A stretch of DNA of 64,000 nucleotides, from positions 91,547-155,546 of the forward strand of contig JAIQFK010000011.1 in the NCBI GenBank assembly GCA_020073305.1, given 5' to 3'. The position numbers and the translations under genes were made by a program. Below are positions 27,677-36,655 of this stretch, in pieces. Under the pieces are notes generated by a model. The model was not told where the DNA came from, did not search any database, and saw only the letters and a list, made by a program, of their open reading frames with translations. Each line of letters opens with the position of its first letter. The stretch's first letter is position 1. The DNA comes from Terriglobia bacterium. GTDB lineage: Bacteria; Acidobacteriota; Terriglobia; Bryobacterales; Bryobacteraceae.

Positions 27677-30600
27677 ATGAACCCGGACGCCTGGCGGCAG
27701 ATCTCCGACGTGTTTTCCGACTGTCTGAAGCGTTCGGCCGGGGATCGGGAAAGGTTTCTGGCGGATCTGGAAACCACGCAACCCGAAATCGTCCGCGAAG
27801 TCAGAGAACTCCTCGCCAATTACGACGAAGACCAGGCATTCCTGGAACAGCCGGGGATCGACCAACTCACTAGTTGGGAAGCAGAAACTGCCGATCCCAT
27901 TTCCTCCCCTCCGCAGCAGGGCTTCTTTGGACGCTGGCTCAGGCATAGGCCCACTGCGTTTTGGGTGCTGCTTGCGGTGGATATCATCGCGCTCGGCCTG
28001 TACGTTTTCGGCGGAATCCAGATCCATCGCTACGGCATGGTGACAATCACCATGGGTTGGGATGCGACCCTGGAAAAAAACGGCTGGAAAGTCGACCGCG
28101 TGGATGTGCCCGGTCCTGCGGCAACCAAACTGAAACCGGGTGACATTGTGACAGCCGTGGACGGCAAACCCGCCGGCGGCACATTGAGCGTCGATCTCGA
28201 GTCCATCCCGCCCGGAAGTTCTTACGTGATGCGAATCCTGCGGAACGGAGCCGAGCAGGACATCACCCTGACGAGAGTCATCGTTCCAAACGCTCTGGGT
28301 GCGGCCGGCACGTTTTCCTATCTGCTGGTCAGCATCGCCTTCTTCCTCACCGCCGTGGTGGTGGGCTTCCTCAAACCGGATCAGCGCATCGCCCAGCTTG
28401 CCTGGGCGGCGCTTCTGACCGAGGCTCTGACTCTACTGAAGGTCGTCCTCATATGGTATGAGGAGTTCCTTCCGGGCCTGTCCTTCGCCGTGCTGCAAGG
28501 CCTGCAAGTGGTGGACGGCCCACACTTCGCATTGGCCTACCATTTTTATTCGCGCGCATTTGCTCATCACGTCAGAAAGTGGCGCGCGCCTCTGATCGTG
28601 CTTTATGCGTGGGGCGCATTGGTCGCGGTAGAACGTCTGGTCCTTCTAAACCGGAGCACGCTGCTATTTTGGGCCGAGCATGTCTCGGTGATGGATCGTT
28701 TGGAGCGTCTGCTGGGCGCGCTCTATCTCGTCGGCCCTCTGAGCGCCTGTGTCGCCATCGTCCGCAATTACTTCATCACGAAAGATCCCGAGGAGCACCG
28801 GCGCGCGCGCTGGATCGTCGCCGGTACGGTGGCGGGAATTCTCCCGTACGTGATCGTCCGGGCGATCGGCTTTGCTGCCTTCATGACCGGTAACCCGTCC
28901 GAGCGTGAGATCGACGCGTATCAGTTCGCGCTCGCGCTCGCAGTCGCTCCGGCGGTGCTGATTCCAATCGCGACCGGTTACGCCATCCTGAAGCATCGTT
29001 TGTTCGACATCAATGTTGTCATTCGCCGGAGCATTCAATATTTGCTGGCCAAGAGCGTTCTGCAATTCGTTCTCGCCCTTCCTGCTCTCGCGTTTTGCTA
29101 TGCGCTGGTGACCAACGCGAATCGCACGGTTGCCGACGTAGTGCTGCACCACGGCTTCTTCCTCGTGCTGGTTGTGCTCATCGGCGTGGTTTTGAAGTTT
29201 CGGGAACAACTGAGGAACTGGCTGGATCGAAAGTTCTTCCGCGAAAGCTACCAGCAGGAACACCTGCTTATCGGCCTCATCGAGAACATCAAGAAGCTGC
29301 ACTCGGTGGTGGAAATCAGTGAACGAGTGGGTTCGGACCTGGCGGCGGCGTTTCATCCCGAGAGCGCGATGGTGTTCTATCACCGGCGCGAACAGCGGGC
29401 ATTCATTAGCGGTTATTCTTCCAACCCGTCGACGCGGGGGCTGCAAATTTCCGACCGTTCCCTCTTGGCGGCAACCCTGGGACGGAGCGAAGATCCCCAG
29501 GATCTGACAGCGCTCCGGAGCCGACTTGGCGGCACGGCAGATGGGCGCTGGTTCGTGCGGTTTGGAATCGATCTAGCTGTTCCCATGGCCGGCACAGACG
29601 GCGCTCTGGTGGGGTTCGTCCTGCTGGGGAGAAAGATGTCGGAGGAACCTTACACCCACACCGACCGCAAATTGTTAAAGTCTCTGGCCGATCAGATGGC
29701 CATCTTGTACGAAAACATCTCGTTGCAGGAACGCCTGCAGGAAGAGCGGAAAACCGCGCAGCAGATGCGCGCGCGCGTCGAGGCGCAGGGAATCCCCTGG
29801 TTGCAGGAGTGTCCGCAGTGCGGGCGCTGCTTCGATTCGTCCATCCGAAATTGCGATGAGGATGGCAGCGAACTGATCTTGTCCTGCCCGGTTCTGCAGG
29901 TGATCGACGGCAGATACCATTTGGAACGCGCTCTCGGCAAGGGCGGCATGGGCGCCGTCTTCGAAGCCTCGGACCTGCGTCTCAAGCGCAAAGTCGCTAT
30001 CAAGCTGGTGCTGGCGAGCACGGTCGGCGATCCGGCGTCCTTGAGACGGCTCGGCCGGGAGGCGCGGGCTCTTGCGCGCTTGAGTCATCCGAATATTGTC
30101 GCGACTTACGATTTTGGAATGATCGAGAGCGAAGCCGCGTACCTGGTGATGGAGTTCGTTCCCGGGAGCACCCTGCGCACCGAAATCACAAAGGGAAGGA
30201 TTCTGCCCGCGATCGCGGCAGACTGGTTCGACCAGTTGCTCGAGGGAGTCAAAGCCGCGCACGCCGCGGGCGTGGTACATCGGGACCTGAAACCGGAAAA
30301 TGTGCTGATTGCTTCCCCAGACAACGGAAAGAGACAGGTCAAGATTGCGGACTTCGGAATCGCCAAGTGGTCGCTTCCGGGCTTGGAATCGACGAATCTT
30401 ACTGCGCCCGGGACCGTGGTAGGGAGCTTTCACTACATGTCGCCGGAACAACTGGCGGGTCAAACGGTAGATGAAAGAAGCGACATTTTTTCCGTCGGTG
30501 TCATGGTGTTTGAAGTTCTTACGGGCCAGATTCCATTCAAGGGCAAGACCTACACCGAACGCATCGTTTCCATTCTTCAGGACTCGCCGCAATTCGAATC

Positions 30601-30787
30601 CGCGTTGCCTGGGGCGAGCGACCTGCACGCGGCCCTTGGAAGGTGCCTGGCGAAGAACGCCGCGGATCGATTCACCTCCGCCGCGCAGTTACAAGCGGAG
30701 ATCGTTCCTGTGATCGCGAGTTACAGCGTTCCTGGCGAGCAAGGCCGAAATCCCCGGCTTCGCGCGGTATCCAACCCGGACCGGTAG
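27677..30787 (+). CDS. multidomain membrane Ser/Thr protein kinase (N-terminal sigma-linked domain, PDZ, polytopic membrane region, GAF-like region, Cys4 ribbon, C-terminal kinase)
   Basis: Kinase motifs sit at the C-terminus: GKGGMGAVF, VAIK, HRDLKPENVL, DFGIAK and SPEQ. A PDZ-like LKPGDIVTAVDGKP lies after TM1, followed by about 8 further TM helices. CPQCGRCF...NCDEDG lies just before the kinase domain. Confidence 0.88.
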   Translation: MNPDAWRQISDVFSDCLKRSAGDRERFLADLETTQPEIVREVRELLANYDEDQAFLEQPGIDQLTSWEAETADPISSPPQQGFFGRWLRHRPTAFWVLLAVDIIALGLYVFGGIQIHRYGMVTITMGWDATLEKNGWKVDRVDVPGPAATKLKPGDIVTAVDGKPAGGTLSVDLESIPPGSSYVMRILRNGAEQDITLTRVIVPNALGAAGTFSYLLVSIAFFLTAVVVGFLKPDQRIAQLAWAALLTEALTLLKVVLIWYEEFLPGLSFAVLQGLQVVDGPHFALAYHFYSRAFAHHVRKWRAPLIVLYAWGALVAVERLVLLNRSTLLFWAEHVSVMDRLERLLGALYLVGPLSACVAIVRNYFITKDPEEHRRARWIVAGTVAGILPYVIVRAIGFAAFMTGNPSEREIDAYQFALALAVAPAVLIPIATGYAILKHRLFDINVVIRRSIQYLLAKSVLQFVLALPALAFCYALVTNANRTVADVVLHHGFFLVLVVLIGVVLKFREQLRNWLDRKFFRESYQQEHLLIGLIENIKKLHSVVEISERVGSDLAAAFHPESAMVFYHRREQRAFISGYSSNPSTRGLQISDRSLLAATLGRSEDPQDLTALRSRLGGTADGRWFVRFGIDLAVPMAGTDGALVGFVLLGRKMSEEPYTHTDRKLLKSLADQMAILYENISLQERLQEERKTAQQMRARVEAQGIPWLQECPQCGRCFDSSIRNCDEDGSELILSCPVLQVIDGRYHLERALGKGGMGAVFEASDLRLKRKVAIKLVLASTVGDPASLRRLGREARALARLSHPNIVATYDFGMIESEAAYLVMEFVPGSTLRTEITKGRILPAIAADWFDQLLEGVKAAHAAGVVHRDLKPENVLIASPDNGKRQVKIADFGIAKWSLPGLESTNLTAPGTVVGSFHYMSPEQLAGQTVDERSDIFSVGVMVFEVLTGQIPFKGKTYTERIVSILQDSPQFESALPGASDLHAALGRCLAKNAADRFTSAAQLQAEIVPVIASYSVPGEQGRNPRLRAVSNPDR

Positions 30788-30895
30788 GGCGGAGCACGGC
30801 GTTCGGAGAAACCGTCCAGGATTGTTATACTGTGCAGGCTGATTTTGGCGGTCACTTAGTTCCTTGGCCGATCGCGTGGGCGCAAACAAAAAACC

Positions 30896-32311
30896 GTGAA
30901 ATGGCGTCATCTCCGCATCGCGCTGTTGCTCTCTGTCTCCGCTGCCGGCGCTGAAGAGTGGACGCGCTTCCGCGGACCGAACGGCTCGGGAGTATCGAAC
31001 GACACCGGTTTTCCCACCGAGTTCGGCAAAGACAAGAACCTTCTTTGGAGAACGCCGGTTCGCCCTGGCAAGTCGTCGCCCGTCCTGGCGCGGGATCGCA
31101 TCTTCTTGACGGCGTATGAAAACGGCAAACTTTTCACGCAGTGCTTCGGCCGCGAGACCGGGAAACTGCTGTGGGAACGGTGGGTCGACCGCCCTCGCAC
31201 CGAATCGACTGAAGGTCTGAATCACCCCGCAGCCATCACCGCAGTGACCGATGGAGAGAACGTCTACGCGTTTTTCATGGACTACGGCCTGATCTCCTAT
31301 GACCCGGAAGGCAACATTCGGTGGAAAGCCCCGCTCGGCCCCTTTTCGAATTCCATGGGACATTCCTCCAGTCCGATCCTTGCAGGCGACAACATTATTC
31401 TGGTGATCGACCAGGCGTTGGACTCGTACATCGCCGCGTTCGACTGCCGCAACGGCCAGGTCCGCTGGAAGACGCCGCGCAAGGAAATCGACGGTTGGGC
31501 TACTCCTCTGGTCTATCAGGCAGCGGGGACCGCACCCCTGGTGTTAACCGCGAGCAGCGGTCAGCTCGGCGCTCATCGTGCCGACAACGGCAAGCGCGTC
31601 TGGAGCCAGGCCGGCTTGAGTCCAGTGATCGTGGCCAGTCCGATCCTGGAGCGAGACACCCTCTTTACCTTCGGCTACGGCTTCGACTCCATGAGCCCCT
31701 TTTCAGAGCAATTGCAGAAATTCGACAAGAATCATGATGGCAAGCTTTCGCCGGACGAATATGGCAACGACCCCGATCTGATCGGGATTGGGCAGTTTTC
31801 TGGCAACAAGGATGGGATTGTCACGAAGGAGAAATGGGACGAACGGCAGCGCACGACACTGGCGCCGTCCAGTCTCCTGGCCATCCGGCTCGAGCGCGAT
31901 CCGGGCGCTCCGGCTGAGCCGCTCATGCAGACACGGGAACTCTGGCGATACCAGAAGAGCTTTATCGGCGTAGTGCCATCGCCGCTGCTTTACGATGGCG
32001 TTCTCTTTCTCCTCAAGAACGGCGGGCTGCTCACTTCATTCGTGGCGGAAACGGGCAAGGTGGCGAAGGCAGGCCGGATTACGGGTGCCCTCGGCGGCTA
32101 CTCGGCGTCGCCTGTCGCGGCCGAAGGGAAGTTGTTTCTTGCGAGCGAAGAAGGGAAAGTCACCGTTCTGAAGGCGGCCCGCGACTGGCAGGTGATCGCC
32201 ATCAACGACCTGGCCGAGGGCTGCTACGCCACCCCCGCGCTCTCCCGCGGACACATTTACCTGCGCACGAGCGAAGCTTTGTACCGCTTCGGAACTGGCC
32301 GTCGGGAGTAG
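30896..32311 (+). CDS. PQQ-like beta-propeller repeat protein with EF-hand insertion
   Basis: Signal peptide, then EWTRFRGPNGSG and repeated LLW/VRW propeller blades. A canonical EF-hand loop DKNHDGKLSPDE is encoded at 31724-31759. Confidence 0.8.
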   Translation: MKWRHLRIALLLSVSAAGAEEWTRFRGPNGSGVSNDTGFPTEFGKDKNLLWRTPVRPGKSSPVLARDRIFLTAYENGKLFTQCFGRETGKLLWERWVDRPRTESTEGLNHPAAITAVTDGENVYAFFMDYGLISYDPEGNIRWKAPLGPFSNSMGHSSSPILAGDNIILVIDQALDSYIAAFDCRNGQVRWKTPRKEIDGWATPLVYQAAGTAPLVLTASSGQLGAHRADNGKRVWSQAGLSPVIVASPILERDTLFTFGYGFDSMSPFSEQLQKFDKNHDGKLSPDEYGNDPDLIGIGQFSGNKDGIVTKEKWDERQRTTLAPSSLLAIRLERDPGAPAEPLMQTRELWRYQKSFIGVVPSPLLYDGVLFLLKNGGLLTSFVAETGKVAKAGRITGALGGYSASPVAAEGKLFLASEEGKVTVLKAARDWQVIAINDLAEGCYATPALSRGHIYLRTSEALYRFGTGRRE

Positions 32312-32372
32312 CCAATCTGACTGGCCGCGCCACTGAGCGCCTGTCCTCACGGGTCGTATAATAAGCGCAGCC

Positions 32373-33677
32373 ATGAATCTCAACCGCCGCAGTTTCCTCG
32401 AAGCCGGCGCCGCGTTTGCCGCCGGCCAGCTGGTGAAGGCTGCTCCGAACGAGCGCATCACCGTGGGCCACATCGGCGCCGGTGCGCGCGCGCATGAGCT
32501 GATGCAGGCCGTGATGGCCAATCCCAATACGGAAATCGTGGGTGTGGTGGACGCGTACACGGGCCGTGTCGAGCGTGCCATCGACCGCACCAACGGCCGG
32601 GCGAAAGCGTACGCTACACACCACGACCTGCTGGCCGACAAGTCGATCGACGCCGTCGTCATTGCCACTCCCGACCACTGGCACAAGCAGATCATTCTCG
32701 AGGCATTGCGTGCGGGCAAGGACGTGTACTCCGAGAAGCCGATGACCTACCGGTCGGCTGAGGGCGTCGAGATTATCGAAGTGGCGCGGCAGACCGGGCG
32801 AGTCGTTCAGGTGGGTAGTCAGGGCATGAGTTCCAAGGCGCAGCAGACTGCTAAGGAATGGATCAAGTCGGGAAAGCTGGGCAAGATCACGCTGATCCGC
32901 GCGTCGTACAACCGCAACACCGCGGAGGGCGCGTGGCTCTATCCCATTCCGCCCGATGCGTCGCCCAAAACCGTGAACTGGGAAATGTTTCTGGGACCGG
33001 CGCCCAAGCGTCCCTTCAACCTGGAGCGCTTTTTCCGCTGGCGCTGCTATTCGGATTACTCGGGCGGCATCGCCACCGACCTGTTCGTGCACCTCTGCAC
33101 CACCATTCATTACCTGATGGACGCCAAGATGCCCGCGCGCGCCATGGCCATGGGCCAGCTTTACCGTTGGAAGGAATCGCGCGACGTACCGGACACCTTG
33201 AATGCGATTCTGGAATACCCCGAAGGCTTCACGGTATCGCTGAGTTCGACTTTCAATAATGAGTTCAGCCAGGAGGCCGGTTTCCAGATCCTGGGCACCG
33301 AGGGAACGCTTGTCATGGGTTTCGGGGGCGTGACTTTCCATCCCGAGGCGGTCGTCAGCGATAACCGCTGGATCGTGGAGAGCTGGCCGAAGGCTCTCGA
33401 GGATGCGTATTATCGCGACCCGAAAGTGATTGCTGCTGAGGTCGAGCCCGCCAAGAATTTCAAACGGCCGGAGCCCGAGACCTACAAGGACGATGACACC
33501 GACCCGACCATCGGGCACTTCGGCCACTTCTTCGAGTCGGTCCGCACGCGCAAACCGTATTGGGAAGACGCCGCCGCCGGGCATCACGCCGCTGCTTGCG
33601 CCCACCTGATCAACCTGTCCGCAAAGCAGAGGAAGATGACGGAGTGGGATTTCACCCGCGACGACATTCGGAGTTAA
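32373..33677 (+). CDS. Gfo/Idh/MocA-family oxidoreductase with Tat-like leader
   Basis: MNLNRRSFLEAGAAFAAG leader, a Rossmann motif VGHIGAGARA, and DAVVIATPDHWH...GKDVYSEKP. Confidence 0.88.
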   Translation: MNLNRRSFLEAGAAFAAGQLVKAAPNERITVGHIGAGARAHELMQAVMANPNTEIVGVVDAYTGRVERAIDRTNGRAKAYATHHDLLADKSIDAVVIATPDHWHKQIILEALRAGKDVYSEKPMTYRSAEGVEIIEVARQTGRVVQVGSQGMSSKAQQTAKEWIKSGKLGKITLIRASYNRNTAEGAWLYPIPPDASPKTVNWEMFLGPAPKRPFNLERFFRWRCYSDYSGGIATDLFVHLCTTIHYLMDAKMPARAMAMGQLYRWKESRDVPDTLNAILEYPEGFTVSLSSTFNNEFSQEAGFQILGTEGTLVMGFGGVTFHPEAVVSDNRWIVESWPKALEDAYYRDPKVIAAEVEPAKNFKRPEPETYKDDDTDPTIGHFGHFFESVRTRKPYWEDAAAGHHAAACAHLINLSAKQRKMTEWDFTRDDIRS

Positions 33678-33736
33678 CGAGCCGTTCCAGCGCCGCTTTC
33701 GCTGTCCGGTTGCGGGACGGCATTTCTCAGGACTGC

Positions 33737-33790
33737 ACAGCGGAGCGAACGCGCGAGATTGGTGTGCGCATGGCTCTCGGAGCACAGCCC
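33737..33790 (+). pseudogene. relic of an FtsX/ADOP-type ABC permease
   Basis: The intergenic DNA encodes TAERTREIGVRMALGAQ, the highly conserved cytoplasmic-loop motif of MacB/FtsX permeases. No surrounding permease ORF exists. Confidence 0.4.
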
Positions 33791-33944
33791 TCGCAGAATA
33801 ATAACCATCCCAACTGATTGATTCTAAGTTAATTGCTGGATAGCACGTAGCGCTTGCGCGGTTTCCCGCCGATAGACCTGAGGAGGGATTCGGCTCGGGC
33901 GTGTGAGGCACTGTGGACCAGCGGCCTACACCGGGGTCGAGGGA

Positions 33945-36542
33945 ATGGCGGCCGGATCAGGATCGGAAAACGCTCGCGGCGGCGACGCTGCTCTGGAGTC
34001 TTACTCAGCTAAGCCTTGGCTCTGGGTGGTGTCTGCCTTGCTGGTGGCACATGCCGCGGTGCTGGCGGGCTTCGGGACAGGGTCAGGCGGGCCCTTCCTC
34101 TCCAATCTCCTCCAACTGGCGCTCGGCATCCTGTGTGTCCCGGCTTGCCTCGAAGCTTCGCGCCGCTCAGGCAGTCTCGGCCAGTATTTCTGGCGGCTCA
34201 TGACCTTCACCTTCGTCGTTTGGTGTGCCGGCCAGGTGTTGGGAACCTACAACGAATTTCGCCCGGATGAGGCGCTGAGCCGGCTTAATGATCTTCTGTT
34301 TATCGCTTCGACGGTGCCTTTCGGAATGGTCCTGTTCCTGGACCCGGACCATGAACCGAATCACTTCGACCGGCTGCACATTCTCGATTTCATTCAAGCC
34401 ATTCTGTTTTGGGGTTCCGTATACCTCTACTTTTCGCATCCGCAGCCGGGTACCGATCCGGCTTACTCGGCATGGCGGCGCACCATGGTCTACAACGTCG
34501 TGCTTACCGGAGCGTTCTTCTTGCGAGCCGTTCTGACAAAGTCGGGTGTCGTGCGCGCGCTGTTCGGACGAATGCTGTTGTTCCTGTTGCTCGCGGGACT
34601 AGCGGACGCATATTCGAACTACCCGGGGCGAAATCTCCGCGCGGGCCGGTGGTTCGACATCGTCTGGAGCCTCCTTGTCGCGATCCCGCTGGTGATTGCG
34701 GCTACCTGGAACAAAGGCGAATCCTCCAGCTCAACCGGTGACGCCCCGGCGCGGGCCCACAACATTGTGGTGCAGCAGTTGTTTCCGCTGCTGTATCCAG
34801 CGCTCATTCTGGTGATGTCGGCGCGGAATGCACAAGCCTACCCCCTGCTGGCCACCGCGATTGGTCTTGCTTCTTTTATATGCTTCAGCGGACGTTTGTT
34901 CGTCACGCAGCACCGCCTGCAGCTTAGCGAGGCCGGGTTTCAAAAAGCCAAGGAGGCCGCGGAGAGCGCCAACCGCGCCAAGAGCGCATTCCTGGCCAAC
35001 ATGAGCCATGAGATTCGCACTCCCATGAACGGCATCCTGGGCATGACGGAACTGGCGCTCGATACCAACCTCGGGCCGGAACAACGAGAGTATCTCACTA
35101 CCGTGAAAAGCTCGGCCCAAGGGCTCCTCCAGGTGATCAACGACATCCTGGATTTCTCCAAAATCGAGGCTGGAAAGCTGGACCTCGAACACGTTGAATT
35201 CAAATTACGCGCGTCGCTGGGTGAGGCGCTGCGGCTCCTTGCCATTCCCGCACACAGGAAAGGCCTGGAACTGAATTGCCAGGTGCCGGCGGAGGTGCCG
35301 GATTACCTGTTTGGGGATCCGAGCCGCCTGAAGCAGATCATCGTCAACCTGGTCGGCAATGCGGTGAAGTTTACCCAGTCTGGAGAAGTGGTGGTCAGCG
35401 TGGAACTGGAGTCGCGGACCAAAGAGGATGTCTGTTTGCACTTCAGCGTCAGGGATACCGGCCCCGGAATTCCCATCGAGAAACAGAAGAAGATCTTCGA
35501 AGCCTTCACGCAAGCCGACCACTCGACGACGCGCCAGTTCGGCGGTACAGGCCTTGGACTGACCATCTCCACACGCCTGGTGCAAATGATGGCCGGGCAT
35601 ATCTGGGTGGAGAGCGGATCGAGCACAGGCAGTGCGTTTCACTTCACCGCCGTTTTTCAGCCTGGACGGACGGCGCCCGAAACGCCGCAGCCGGGCCCTG
35701 ACACACTCCTGGATCTTCACGTGTTGGTGGTCGACGACAACCCCACTACTTGCCGCATCCTTCAAGAAATGCTGACCAGTTGGCGCATGGCGCCGGAAGC
35801 GGTGGATGGCGAGCCAGCCGCTCTCGCGGCGATGGAGCGTGCGCGCGCGGCCGGCCGGCCCTTTCGTCTGGTGCTGCTGGATGTGCGCATCGCTGACAAG
35901 GACGGGCGCTCACTGGCGCAACAGATCCGGGCCCATTTGGCTCCAGCCGGAGCTGCCATCATGCTGCTGGCTGCAGACCGGCAGGCACGCGACCTGGCTT
36001 GCTGCGCTGCGTTAGGTTTCGCTGTTCACGTCGTCAAGCCGGTTGAGCAATCCGAACTGTTCGATGCCATCCTCACCGCGCTCGACGCGCGTTTGCCGGC
36101 GGACGAGCCTGCGAACGAGGGGCCGGCCCAGCCGCGAAGCGGACGGGGGCTGCGCATCCTTTTGGCCGAGGACAACATCGTCAACCAGAAAGTGGCTGAC
36201 GGAATCTTGCGCAAGCTGGGTCACACCGTCGTCATAGCTGGGAATGGCAGGGAAGCTATTGAAGCGTTGAAGCATTGCGGTCCGGATGAGTTCGACCTGG
36301 TGCTGATGGACGTGCAGATGCCCGAGATGGACGGTCTCGAAGCCACTCGATCCATCCGCATGCACGACCAGGCTCACGGGACCCATACTCCGGTAATTGC
36401 CATGACCGCGCATGCCATGACAGGTGATCGGGAACGCTTCCTCGAGGCCGGCATGGACGGGTATATTGGCAAACCCATTCGCGTGGCCGATCTGATAGAG
36501 GAAATCCGGCGGCACGCGCCTGACATCCCGGTTGTGGCTTAA
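33945..36542 (+). CDS. hybrid sensor histidine kinase with two receiver domains
   Basis: N-terminal multi-TM sensor, H-box [13 protein letters not shown], and HATPase motifs NAVKF, DTGPGI and GGTGLGL. Two REC domains follow (VLVVDDN...LLDV; ILLAEDN...[11 protein letters not shown]...KP). The ATG at 33945 is preferred over the GTG at 33903. Confidence 0.9.
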   Translation: MAAGSGSENARGGDAALESYSAKPWLWVVSALLVAHAAVLAGFGTGSGGPFLSNLLQLALGILCVPACLEASRRSGSLGQYFWRLMTFTFVVWCAGQVLGTYNEFRPDEALSRLNDLLFIASTVPFGMVLFLDPDHEPNHFDRLHILDFIQAILFWGSVYLYFSHPQPGTDPAYSAWRRTMVYNVVLTGAFFLRAVLTKSGVVRALFGRMLLFLLLAGLADAYSNYPGRNLRAGRWFDIVWSLLVAIPLVIAATWNKGESSSSTGDAPARAHNIVVQQLFPLLYPALILVMSARNAQAYPLLATAIGLASFICFSGRLFVTQHRLQLSEAGFQKAKEAAESANRAKSAFLANMSHEIRTPMNGILGMTELALDTNLGPEQREYLTTVKSSAQGLLQVINDILDFSKIEAGKLDLEHVEFKLRASLGEALRLLAIPAHRKGLELNCQVPAEVPDYLFGDPSRLKQIIVNLVGNAVKFTQSGEVVVSVELESRTKEDVCLHFSVRDTGPGIPIEKQKKIFEAFTQADHSTTRQFGGTGLGLTISTRLVQMMAGHIWVESGSSTGSAFHFTAVFQPGRTAPETPQPGPDTLLDLHVLVVDDNPTTCRILQEMLTSWRMAPEAVDGEPAALAAMERARAAGRPFRLVLLDVRIADKDGRSLAQQIRAHLAPAGAAIMLLAADRQARDLACCAALGFAVHVVKPVEQSELFDAILTALDARLPADEPANEGPAQPRSGRGLRILLAEDNIVNQKVADGILRKLGHTVVIAGNGREAIEALKHCGPDEFDLVLMDVQMPEMDGLEATRSIRMHDQAHGTHTPVIAMTAHAMTGDRERFLEAGMDGYIGKPIRVADLIEEIRRHAPDIPVVA

Positions 36543-36655
36543 TTCAGCTTTCTGCCCGGCAACGGAAAATGACAGGACCGGACTGCAACCCGGCCCCCTC
36601 GGCTAAACGGGTGCCGGTTCTCATGCGACGCTAGAAGTGATCTAATACCCCTTTG

